NCBI GenBank assembly: GCA_964202905.1
Contig: CAXNJO010000006.1
Coordinates: 1-64,000, forward strand
From: Polyangiales bacterium
GTDB taxonomy: Bacteria; Myxococcota_A; Polyangia; Polyangiales; JADJQN01
Direction: 5' to 3'
DNA: 64,000 bases
The notes beneath the pieces are model-generated. The model saw only the letters and a list, made by a program, of their open reading frames with translations, did no database searches and was not told where the DNA came from. Below, piece after piece: positions 7,356-17,123 of this stretch. A program made the position numbers and the translations under genes. Every line of letters begins with the position of its first letter. The stretch's first letter is position 1.

Positions 7356-9443
7356 CTAGAGCGTGACGCGGCCGAGCGGCTGCACGACGACCTCGGGCGC
7401 GAGCTCCTGGTAGGAGAGCACGACGAGGTCGGGGCGCTCGCCCTCGACGAGGCGGCGCACGAAGCGGCGCACATCGGCCTGCGTGAGCAGCACCGCCTCG
7501 ACGCCGGGCTCGGCGGGGACCTCGCGGCGGATCGCGGCGAGGATGTCGCGCGCGAGGTCGGGCGCGAGGGCGAGGTAGCTGCCGGCGCTCGTGCGTTGCA
7601 CCGAGTCGCGGATGGCGTCCTCGATCGCGGGGTCGAGCAGGGTGACGGCGAGGGTGCCGCCGCGCGCGTGGCGGTGCGTGATCGGGCGGCGCAGCGCGGC
7701 GCGCACGAGCTCGGTGAGGGTGAGCGGGTCCTTCTCGGTGGGCGCGTGCACGGCGAGGGCCTCGAGCACCTCGCGCAGCGCCCGGATGGAGACGCCCTCG
7801 TCGACGAGGCGGCGCAGGACCTCGGCGAGCAGGCCGAGGCCGACGGGCTTCGGGACGACGTGGCGCACGAGCGCGGGATAGGCGCGCTCGAGCTGGTCGA
7901 GCATCGACTGCACCTCTTGCAGGCCGACGAGGTCCGGAGCGCGGCGGCGCACGGCGGCGCCGAGGTGGCGCGCGACGACGGCGGACGCATCGAGCACGGC
8001 GAACCCCGCGGCCTCGGCAGCGGGGGCGCGCGCGGCGTCGATCCACGCGGCGGCGGAGCCGTCGGCGGGGTCGAGGGCGTCGGTGGCGTCGAGGCCGAGA
8101 CCCGCGAGCAGCGCGGGCGTCGCGAGCACGAGCACGCGGCCCTCGGGCAGCTCGCCGCCGCCGACGGGGACCTCCTGCAGCGCGAGCACGTAGCTGCGCG
8201 GCGCGAGGTCGAGCCCTTCGCGCGCGCGGACGCCGGGCAGCGCGACGCCGAGGTCCGCGAAGAGCGTCTCGCGCACCAGCGGCAGCTCGCGCTCGAGCAG
8301 CGGGCCGCCGCCCTTCGGGTCGAGGCACTCGGCCGCGAGCGCACCGCCGAGCTCGACGGAGACGGGCACGACGATCGGCACCATCGCCTGCCGCGCCTTC
8401 GTCTCGCGCGCGACCTCCTTCTCGACGACGAGCGCCTCGCGCTGCGGGGCCGACTCTGCGTGCGCGCGGACGAGCCGGTACGCGCCGAGGCCGAGCGCCG
8501 CCGCGATCACGAGGAAGGGCGCGGCGGGCAGGCCCGGCACGACCGCGAGCGCGACGAGGAAGACCGCGGCGATGCCCATCGCGCGCGGGCTCCCGAAGAT
8601 CTGCGCGCCGATCTCCGCGCCGAGCGAGGTGCCCTCGTCCTCGGACGCGACGCGCGTGACGACGAGGCCAGCGGCCGTCGAGATGAGCAGCGCGGGGATC
8701 TGCGAGACGAGGCCGTCACCGATGGTGAGGAGGCCATACGTCTTGAGCGCCGCGACGGGGCTCAGGCCGCGTTGGAGCACGCCGATCGCGAGGCCGCCGA
8801 GGATGTTGACGACGGTGATGACGATGCCCGCGACGGCGTCGCCCTTCACGAACTTCATGGCGCCGTCCATCGCGCCGTAGAACTGCGCCTCGCGCTGGAT
8901 GCCCTTGCGCTTGCGGCGCGCGTCCTCCTGCGAGAGGGCGCCCGTGCGCAGGTCGGCGTCGATGCTCATCTGCTTGCCGGGCATCGCGTCGAGCGTGAAG
9001 CGCGCGCCGACCTCGGCGACGCGCTCGCTGCCCTTGGCGATGACGAGGAATTGAATGAGGGTCAGCAGCAGGAAGACGATCGCGCCGACGACGTAGTTGC
9101 CGCGCACGACGAAGCCGCCGAAGGCGCGGATGACCTCGCCCGCGTCGGCCTGCAGGAGCACGAGGCGCGTCGACGAGAGGTTGAGCGCGAGGCGGTAGAG
9201 GGTCGTGACGAGGAGCACCGTCGGGAACGACGCGAAGGCGATCGCGTCGGGGACGTACATCGCGACGAGCAACATCAGGACGCCGATCGAGATGTTCGCC
9301 GCGATGAGCACGTCGAGGACGGGCGTCGGCAGCGGGAGGATCATCATCCCCACGATCAACACGACGAGGAAGGCGAGCCCGACGTCGCCGTAGCGCTGCA
9401 GCGCGCTCGGGGCGCCGCGGGACAATCCCACGCTGTTTGCCAT
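7356..9443 (-). CDS. sctV: Type III secretion export gate protein, FHIPEP family (SctV/FlhA)
   Basis: ERVAEVGARFTLDAMPGKQMSIDADL and FYGAMDGAMKFVKGDAVAG, multiple TMs, C-terminal VLSYQEL. Confidence 0.9.
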   Translation of the reverse strand: MANSVGLSRGAPSALQRYGDVGLAFLVVLIVGMMILPLPTPVLDVLIAANISIGVLMLLVAMYVPDAIAFASFPTVLLVTTLYRLALNLSSTRLVLLQADAGEVIRAFGGFVVRGNYVVGAIVFLLLTLIQFLVIAKGSERVAEVGARFTLDAMPGKQMSIDADLRTGALSQEDARRKRKGIQREAQFYGAMDGAMKFVKGDAVAGIVITVVNILGGLAIGVLQRGLSPVAALKTYGLLTIGDGLVSQIPALLISTAAGLVVTRVASEDEGTSLGAEIGAQIFGSPRAMGIAAVFLVALAVVPGLPAAPFLVIAAALGLGAYRLVRAHAESAPQREALVVEKEVARETKARQAMVPIVVPVSVELGGALAAECLDPKGGGPLLERELPLVRETLFADLGVALPGVRAREGLDLAPRSYVLALQEVPVGGGELPEGRVLVLATPALLAGLGLDATDALDPADGSAAAWIDAARAPAAEAAGFAVLDASAVVARHLGAAVRRRAPDLVGLQEVQSMLDQLERAYPALVRHVVPKPVGLGLLAEVLRRLVDEGVSIRALREVLEALAVHAPTEKDPLTLTELVRAALRRPITHRHARGGTLAVTLLDPAIEDAIRDSVQRTSAGSYLALAPDLARDILAAIRREVPAEPGVEAVLLTQADVRRFVRRLVEGERPDLVVLSYQELAPEVVVQPLGRVTL

Positions 9444-9516
9444 CGGGGAGAGACGCTAACACGGTGTCGCGACGCGCGGATGGTCGCGGCGAATCAACCC
9501 GTCATACTGCGCGCTC

Positions 9517-10263
9517 ATGCACGCAAACCGTCGCTCGCTCGAGGTGTGGTGTGGGGCGATGTTCGTGTCGCTCGCCGTGATGGGGTGTGGCGGGCGGCGC
9601 GGCGCGGGGCCGACCGGCTCGGGTGGGGCGGTGAGCGCGCCTGTGCCGGGGGCCGGGGAGGCGCCGCGCGCGGAGGTTCCCGCGGTGCGCGAGGGCGGTT
9701 CGCCGCTCGAGCCGCCGCCGCGCGCGGGGCTCGCCGTCGCGACCTTCGCGGGGGGCTGCTTCTGGTGCATGGAGTCGCCGTTCGAGCGGCTGCCGGGCGT
9801 GGGCGAGGTGGTGTCGGGCTACACGGGCGGGCCGGAGGTCGGGCCGACGTACGAGGAGGTGTCGTCGGGCGACACGGGGCACGCCGAGGCGGTGCGCGTC
9901 GTCTACGACCCGAGCGTGATCACGTACGAGCGGCTGCTCGAGGTCTTCTGGCGCAACGTCGATCCGACGACGGTGGACCAGTCGTTCGTCGACCACGGGC
10001 ACCAGTACCGCACGGCCATCTTCGTGCACACGCCGGCGCAGCGCGCGGCGGCGCTCGCGAGCCAGCGTGCGCTCGAGGCGGCGAACCGCTTCGGCGCGCC
10101 GATCGTCACGGCGATCGAGGACGCGGGGCCGTTCTACCGGGCCGAGGCCTATCACCAAGACTTCTACCGGACGACGCCGGTGCGCTATCAGTCCTACCGC
10201 CGCGGCTCGGGGCGCGACGCGTACATCGAGCGCATCTGGGGACCCGGCGCTGCGGCGCACTGA
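9517..10263 (+). CDS. msrA: Peptide-methionine (S)-S-oxide reductase with N-terminal lipoprotein-like extension
   Basis: FAGGCFWCME, SGYTGG, TGHAEAV, AEAYHQDFY; hydrophobic stretch plus VMGC at the N-terminus. Confidence 0.95.
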   Translation: MHANRRSLEVWCGAMFVSLAVMGCGGRRGAGPTGSGGAVSAPVPGAGEAPRAEVPAVREGGSPLEPPPRAGLAVATFAGGCFWCMESPFERLPGVGEVVSGYTGGPEVGPTYEEVSSGDTGHAEAVRVVYDPSVITYERLLEVFWRNVDPTTVDQSFVDHGHQYRTAIFVHTPAQRAAALASQRALEAANRFGAPIVTAIEDAGPFYRAEAYHQDFYRTTPVRYQSYRRGSGRDAYIERIWGPGAAAH

Positions 10264-10297
10264 GCGCCGCAGTGCGTGGCCCGCGAGAGGCGCGCGC

Positions 10298-10653
10298 TCA
10301 GGACGCGAGCTTGTTGTACTCGTCCTGCAGGATGAGCGGCGGAAGCCACGCCGTGACGCCCACGAAGAAGCTCGCGAGGATGAGCAAGCAGGACGGTCTG
10401 CGTCTTGTTTTCGTGGGCGATGCCGCGCGCGGTGAGCGTGGTGTGGACGATCTCGGCGTTGCGGTAGTAGACGTAGAACGAGTACAGCGAGCACGTCACG
10501 AGCGACAGCACGAGGTCCATCACCGGGTTCAGATCGGAGCGGCCGCTCGACGCGCGCGAGCTCCTCGGTGGTCGTGTACTGCCAATAGAGGCCGTAGAGG
10601 CCGCAGCTCAAGTACGTGAAGATGAGGACCATCGCCGGATCGCGTCGCGTCAT
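10298..10653 (-). CDS. DUF4234-like small membrane protein (frameshifted)
   Basis: MTRRDPAMVLIFTYLSCGLYGLYWQY, LSLVTCSLYSFYVYYR and PLILQDEYNKL are spread over different frames. Confidence 0.7.
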
Positions 10654-10699
10654 GGCGCCGACGGTAGCAGCAAAGGATGGGGTGTTGGAGGGCGCGGCG

Positions 10700-11689
10700 T
10701 CAGCGCGCGGGCGGGCCGAGCACGCGCGTGAGGAAGGCCCAGGTGTCGCGCCAGTGCCGCTGCGCCTCCGCGCGGAAGACGAACGCGTGGAAGGCGTGGA
10801 CCTCGCCCGGGTAGTAGCGCTCCTCGACGTCCGCGCCGAGGCCACGCAGCGCGCGCGCGAGGCGGCGCGTGTCGTCGAGCAGCGGGTCCGCGGTGCCGAC
10901 GGGCACGAAGAAGGCGGGGAGCGGGCGTGCGGGCGTCTCGCCGCGCTCGAAGGCGACGAGCGGGTCGGCGAGATCGAGCGAGCCGTCGTCGGCCGGCGCG
11001 CGGTGCGCCGCGCCGAGGTAGGCCTCGGCGACCTCCTCGATGCGGTCGGTGATGACACGCGGGAGCGCGTGCTTGCGGCGACCGAAGCGCGCGGCGTCGG
11101 TGACCTGCAGGATGCCGCAGGCCGGCAGCACCGCGCGGGGCACGACGCCCGTCTCGAACACGGCGCGCGCGTACGGCTCGGGGCGCGGGTAGCAGGCGGC
11201 GAGCGCGAGCGACGCGACGAGGTTCGCGCCGGCGGACTCGCCCGCGAGCACGAGCTGCGAGGCGTCGGCGCCGTACTCGGCGGCGTGCGCGACCACCCAC
11301 GCGTAGGCGGCGCACACGTCCTCGACGGCGGCGGGGAAGGGGTGCTGCGGCGCGAGGCGGTAGTCGACGTTGAAGACCACGTAGCCCTCGCGCGCGTAGG
11401 CGAGGGCCATCACCCAGTGCGTGTCCTTCGAGAGGATGCGGAACCCGCCGCCGTGCACGTAGAGGACGGCGGGGCGCAGGCTCGCGGTGGGCTGCGCGGG
11501 GCGGTAGACGTCGAGGCGGCGGACGGGATGCGCGGCGTCGCCGTAGGCGCGGTCGCGCAGGACCTCGACGCCGTGGCGCGCCGGGTCCGCGAGCGGGTGC
11601 AGCCGACCGAGCCGCGAGGCCCCACGGAAGAAGCCGTCGACGAGCGCCGCGCCCGCGCGTCGGCGGAGGTGGAGGAGCCGCTGGGACAT
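10700..11689 (-). CDS. Alpha/beta hydrolase, hormone-sensitive-lipase (family IV esterase) type
   Basis: HGGGF, DYRLAPQHPFPAAVED, GESAG, DPLLDD, HAF. Confidence 0.92.
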   Translation of the reverse strand: MSQRLLHLRRRAGAALVDGFFRGASRLGRLHPLADPARHGVEVLRDRAYGDAAHPVRRLDVYRPAQPTASLRPAVLYVHGGGFRILSKDTHWVMALAYAREGYVVFNVDYRLAPQHPFPAAVEDVCAAYAWVVAHAAEYGADASQLVLAGESAGANLVASLALAACYPRPEPYARAVFETGVVPRAVLPACGILQVTDAARFGRRKHALPRVITDRIEEVAEAYLGAAHRAPADDGSLDLADPLVAFERGETPARPLPAFFVPVGTADPLLDDTRRLARALRGLGADVEERYYPGEVHAFHAFVFRAEAQRHWRDTWAFLTRVLGPPAR

Positions 11690-11708
11690 CCACCGAGCAT
11701 GACGCCGA

Positions 11709-12299
11709 TCACAGCTCGCGGCGCCCGCTGAACGCGCGGCCGAGCGTGACCTGGTCGGTGAACTCGAGCTCGCCGCCGTGCGGCACGCCGCTCGCGATGC
11801 GGCTCACGCGGACGCCGTGCGGTCGCAGCACCTCCGCGAGGTAGAGCGCGGTCGCCTCGCCCTCGACGCTGAGCGGCGTCGCGACGACGACCTCGCGCAC
11901 GCCGTCGCGCTCGACGCGGCGGAGCAGCGCCTCCATCGGGAGCTGCTCGGGGCCGACGCCGTCGAGCGGGGCGAGCAGGCCGTGGAGCACGAAGTAGCGG
12001 CCGCGGAACGAGCCGCTGCGCTCGATCGCGGCGAGATCGGGGACGCGGGCGACGGCGCAGACGAGCGTCGGATCCCTGCGTGGATCCGCGCAGATGGCGC
12101 ACGTCTCGGAGTCGCCGTAGTTGCCGCACGCCTCGCAGCGGCGCACGCGCTCGTGGATGGTCGCGAGCGCTGCGCCGAGGTGCTGCGCGTACTCGGCGTC
12201 GCCCGCGAGCACGTGAAACGCGAGCCGCGCGGCCGTGCGCTCACCGATGCCGGGGAGGCGCGCGAGCAGGCGCACGAGCTCGTCGAGCGGGAAGGCCAT
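11709..12299 (-). CDS. recR: Recombination mediator RecR
   Basis: LPGIGERTAARLA HhH, C4 zinc finger, Toprim (EGEATALY, SRIASGVP). Confidence 0.97.
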   Translation of the reverse strand: MAFPLDELVRLLARLPGIGERTAARLAFHVLAGDAEYAQHLGAALATIHERVRRCEACGNYGDSETCAICADPRRDPTLVCAVARVPDLAAIERSGSFRGRYFVLHGLLAPLDGVGPEQLPMEALLRRVERDGVREVVVATPLSVEGEATALYLAEVLRPHGVRVSRIASGVPHGGELEFTDQVTLGRAFSGRREL

Positions 12300-12391
12300 G
12301 GTGCGTCTCGGAGGGGACCGCGTCGCCCGGCGCGCGGGGTGTGCGCGCAGGGGACGCGGGCCGCGCGCTCAGGGGCGCGCGGCGGTGTGGC

Positions 12392-12712
12392 TCAGGTGAG
12401 GCCGGGGATCTTCATCCCGCCGGTGATCTTCTCGAGCTCGGCGTCGACCATCTCCTGCGCCTTCTGCAAGGCGGCGTTGGTCGCGGCGACGACGAGGTCC
12501 TGCACCATGGAGAGGTCCTCGCCCTTGAGCAGCTCCGGCGCGATCTCCACGGACACGATCTCGCGCCCGCCGTTCGCGACGACCTTCACCTGGTCGTTGC
12601 CGGCGCTCGCGGTCACGGTCTCCTTCTTCAGCTCGACCTTGCGCTGCTCGATCTTGCGCTGAAGGCGCGACGCCTGGCGCATCAGCTCGCTCATGCCACC
12701 ACGAAACTGCAT
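12392..12712 (-). CDS. ybaB: YbaB/EbfC nucleoid-associated protein
   Basis: MSELMRQA...DLVVAATNAAL...ITGGMKIPG; lies between dnaX and recR. Confidence 0.95.
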   Translation of the reverse strand: MQFRGGMSELMRQASRLQRKIEQRKVELKKETVTASAGNDQVKVVANGGREIVSVEIAPELLKGEDLSMVQDLVVAATNAALQKAQEMVDAELEKITGGMKIPGLT

Positions 12713-12795
12713 TCGGATCTCCTCGGGAAGACGGCGGTTGTAGCGCTTCCCGCGGGAAAGCGCAGCGGTTCATTGCGGGTCGCGTGGACGGGCGA

Positions 12796-14800
12796 TCAGT
12801 CGACGTCGACCGCGACCTCGACGCGCCCGGCGGCTTCGGGGAAGACGCGCAGCGCCTCGGTCACGTGCGGGTGCGCGAGGGCGCGCTGGCGTGTCTGCTC
12901 GCGGCGCTCGACGTCGCGCGCGGCCTCGACCTGCGCGACCGAGGTGCCGGTGGTGATGGCGTCCCTGGCGAAGGCGATCTCGACCGTGGGGCGCGCGCCG
13001 AACACGGCCTCGGCCGCCTCGACGATCCCCTCGAGGGCCTCGGGCGCGCTCGCCTGCTGGCCGAAGAACGAGCCCGTCGGGAAGAGCAGGACGATGGACG
13101 CGGGCGTGATGGTGCGGCCGACGCCGTGCTGCAGCACCGCGGCGAGCGCGGGCCGCGCCTGCCGGAGGTGGGCGATGATGCGCTCCCACGCCTCCGGCGG
13201 CGGAGGCGGCGGCGCCGGGCTCGCCACGGGCGCGGTGACCGTCGCGGCCGGGGATGCCGCGGCGGCGCCGGGCGCGGGTGCGTCGTCGTCGGGCTCGTCG
13301 AACACGGGCGCGGCGAAGACGGGCGACGCGGGTGCGCGCGCAGGCATGCGCTCGGCGATCGGCGTGAGCGCGGGGCGTGCGGGGGGCGGCTCGGACGGGG
13401 CCGGTGGAGGTTCGTCGTCGAGCAGGTCCGGGGGCGGCTGGAAGAGCGCGGCGTTCGACGAGGTGCCGGGGGAGCGCGGGGTCTCGCGGATCGCGGGGCG
13501 CTGCGGGGCCGCGGGCGGGCAGGCGGCGCGGCGTCGCGCGGCTCCGGGCGCGAGACGGCGGCGCCGCGGGCGGGCGCCGGGCGCCGGTCGGGCGGGAGCC
13601 GGGGCGCCGCGCTGCGGGCCGGCGGCGCGAGCGCGGGCCGCGGGCGCCGCCGCCACGGCCCTCGAGCGCCTCGAGGCGCGCGACGAGCTCGCCGAGGGCG
13701 AGCAGCTTCGGGCGGGTCGCGAGCCGCACGAGGCCCATCTCGAGGACGAGGCGCGGCGTCGTCGCGCGGGGGATCTCGTCGACGAGCTTCGCGAGGCCGG
13801 CGAAGACGCGCTGCAGCTCGAGGGGCTCCTCCTGCTGCGCGAGCGCGACGGCCTCGGCGCGCTCCTCCTCGACCATGTCGACGAGGCCCTCGCCCTCGGC
13901 GTCACCCTCGACGCGCAGCACCACGAGGTCGCGCGCGAGCTCGAGCAGCTGCCGCGCGAAGTGGAGCAGATCGATGCCGTGCGACGCGAGCTGGTCGACG
14001 CCGCGGAGGATGCGTCCCGAGTCGCCCGCGAGCACCGCCGCGCAGAGCTCGTGGACGAGCTTGCGATCCGCGAGGCCGAGCATGCGCGCGACCTCCTCGC
14101 CGCGCAGATCCTCGCCGCCGAACGCGACGATCTGGTCGAGCAGCGTGAGCGCGTCGCGCATCGAGCCGGCGGCCTCGCGCGCGACGAGCTGCACGGCGGC
14201 GTCGTCCGCGGTGAGCGTCTCGGCGGCGAGGATCTCGCGCACGCGCTTCGCGACCACGCTCTGCGGGATGAGGCGGAAATCGTAGCGCTGGCAGCGCGAG
14301 CGGATCGTGACGGGGACCTTGTGCGACTCGGTCGTCGCGAAGATGAACTTCACGTGCGGCGGCGGCTCTTCGAGCGTCTTCAGGAAGGCGTTGAAGGCGC
14401 CCGTCGAGAGCATGTGCACCTCGTCGACGATGATGATCTTGAAGCGGTCGCGCGCGGGCCGATACGGGATGGACTCCTGCAGCTTGCGCACGTCGTCGAC
14501 GCTGTTGTTCGAGGCGCCGTCCATCTCGAGCACGTCGAGGTCGTTGCCGATGGTGATCTCGCGGCACGCGTCGCAGGCGTTGCAGGGCTCGGGCGTCGGG
14601 CCGTTCGCGCAGTTGAGGGCCTTCGCGAGCAGGCGCGCGCTCGTCGTCTTGCCGACGCCGCGGACGCCCGTGAAGAGGAAGGCGTGCGCGACGCGCCCCG
14701 AGCGGATGGCGTTCGCGAGGGTGCGCGTGACGTGGTCCTGCCCGGCGAGGTCCGCGAAGGTCTGGGGGCGGTATTTGCGGGCGAGGACCGTGTAGGACAT
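12796..14800 (-). CDS. dnaX: DNA polymerase III subunit gamma/tau (frameshifted in the Pro/Ala linker, ~13500-13660)
   Basis: MSYTVLARKYRPQTF, GVRGVGKTT, DEVHML, SRCQ; C-terminal domain (WERIIAHL...ALAHPHVTEALRVF) is in the frame ending 12796. Confidence 0.95.
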
Positions 14801-14836
14801 GGGGCGGCGAATGTAGCAGGCGCCCGCGCGCGGCGT

Positions 14837-17087
14837 TCAGAGCGCGCGCAGGTACGCGAGGAGGTCGTCGAGCTCGTCGGCCGTGAGGTCGCTCGTCACG
14901 CCGTGTCGATCGCCCGCGTTGCGCGTCGTGAGCACCTCGCGCAGCGTCGCGGCGGAGCCGTCGTGCAGGTACGGCGCGGAGTCGACGAGCTCGCGCAACG
15001 TGGGTGTGTCGAGGCCCGTGAGCGCTGCGCCGCGGCGCTGCCCGGAGCCGGGACCGAGCGTGCCGACGTCGTGCAGCAGCGGCACGCCGGGCGCGGTGAA
15101 GGCGCTGTCGGTGAGGCGCTCGCCGGCGTGGCACGTCGCGCAGCCGAGGCGCGTGGACGCGAAGAGCGCGCGGCCGCGCGCCTGCGCCGGGGTGAGCGCG
15201 CCGCCCGTGGACTCCGGGCTCTCGGGGAAGGTGTCGAGCGAGGCGACGTACGCGGCGAGCGCGTCGAGGTCGGCAGAGAGCCCCGCCTTCGGATCGCCGA
15301 GCGGGTCGCTGCGCGTGCCGGTGGACCACGCCGCATCGTCGAGCAGCCCGCGTCCGCCGAACGCGTGGCGCAGGTCGTTCTCGAAATCCTGCACCTCGTC
15401 GAAGTTGGCGCTCCAATGGATCGGCCCGTGCGCGGTGCCCGCGCGGCCGAGCAGCGAGAGGGTGTTCCGCAGGCCCTCGCCGCGATCGGTGAAGTCCCAG
15501 GTGCGCCCGTCGCTGCGGCCGTCGAGGTGGCAGTGCGCGCAGGCGATGTACGAGTCCTTGCCGAGGCGCGGATCGAGCGCGTCGTTGAAGAGCTGCTTGC
15601 CGCGCAGGATCTGCGCGTCGAGCGGCTCACGCGCGACGATCGGGACGCGGGCGAGCGGCGCGGGTGCGTCGCCGAAGCGCGTCGCGTCGTAGACGACGAG
15701 CTCGCGCGAGAGCGAGGCGTCGACGAAGAGGAAGCGGTCGTCCGCGGAGAGCGCGACGCCCTCGGGGGCGTACCCGACGTCCTGCAGCGTGCCCGAGAGC
15801 GCGCCCGTGAGCGCGTCGAGCCGCTCGACCGTGCGCGCGCCGCGATCGGCGACGAAGAGGAAGTCGCCGCGTCGCGTGTAGACGCCGGCGCTCGCGAGGC
15901 CGCGGTTGTCGAGTTGCTTGCGCGGGCCGGGGCGCTCGGTCCCCGCGGGCAGCACGAGGTGGCTGATCACGGAGCGCAGCGTCGTCTGGAAGGTGAGCGG
16001 CCGACTGCTGCGGAAGCTGCCCTCGGCGGTCCCCGCCTGCAGCGAGGGGAGCGCGGCCTCGCGGCCCGTCGGCGACACGACGATCTGCTGCAAATACGAG
16101 GGAACGCCGCCGATCTCGGTGTCGGACGCGCGCTGCGGATCGACCGCGAGCGTCCACGTCTCGGTCGCGCGGGCGCCGCTCGGATCGACGGCGGCGATCT
16201 CCGCGCCCGTCTCCGGCGAGCGCCAGCGCGTGACCGCGAGGCGCCCATCGGGCAACGCCGCGACGCCGCGCGCATCGGTGATCGCGGGGATGCGGCCGAC
16301 GAGGCGCGGACCGCCGCCCGTCGCGTCGAGCGCGAGCACGGCGAGCTCGCCCGTCGCCTGCAAGGTCACGTAGACGCGCGCGCCGACCCGCGCCGCGCCG
16401 AAGGGACGCGTGCCGCGGGGCAGGGCGACGTCGACGCGCGATCCGCGGCCGTCGCTGCGCAGGAAGCTCACCGTCGCGCTGTGTTCACAGGGCACCGCGA
16501 GCCAGCCGTCGCCCGCGTCGAGCACCGTGCGCGGCGCGTCGGCCGTCGCGAGGCGCGCGCGCACGGTGAAGTTCGGCACAGCGTCCCAGTCGACGAGCAC
16601 GAGCTCGTCGCTGTCGTGGCTCACGACGGCGACGCGGTCGGCGCCCTCGATGCGCGTCACGGTGCCGCCCGTGCTCGGCGTGAACGTCGCGGGCCATGTG
16701 ACGGTGATGACCGCGCTCGCGGTGCGGCGGCGGCCGTTCGCGTCGCTCACCTGCACGACGGCCGAGAAGCGCCCGGGCCGCGTGTAGACGACCTCGGCGA
16801 GCGGCGTGTCGCGCGGCGTGTCCCAGCGCGTGCCGTCGCCGAACGTCCACTGGTAGCGCAGCGCGCCCGCGCTGCCCGAGGCGTCGAGGCGCACCGTCTC
16901 TCCGACGAGGGCGAACTGATCCGGGCCCGCGTCGGCGCGCAGCGCCGCGGTGTCGGCGTCGTCGGGACCGGCGTCGGATGGCGTGCCCGCATCCACTGGG
17001 CGCGGTGTCGTCGGGACCGCAGCCGAGCACGCCGCCGAGGACGCTGCAGAATGCGAGGACCGCAGCGGTCGGTCGCTTCGCTGCCAT
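14837..17087 (-). CDS. Lipoprotein with PKD domain, beta-propeller and diheme cytochrome c (CCP/MauG-like) domain; N-terminal frameshift
   Basis: LDASGS...YQWTFGDG PKD; propeller repeats; GKQLFN...CAHCH, RNTLSL, CATCH, DTPTLR...APYLHDGSA; signal MAAKRPTAAVLAFCSVLGGVLGC in another frame. Confidence 0.85.
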
Positions 17088-17123
17088 CTTGAAAGAGGGT
17101 GTCGATGCGGGGCGCATCGCGGC

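Noticed and set aside
13480..13680. Programmed gamma/tau frameshift in dnaX
   Set aside because: No A-AAA-AAG heptamer or poly-A run; the region is almost all G/C and similar indels occur in many other genes, so assembly error is more likely
14801..14836. SRP RNA (ffs) upstream of dnaX
   Set aside because: Gap is only 36 nt and lacks the conserved SRP loop
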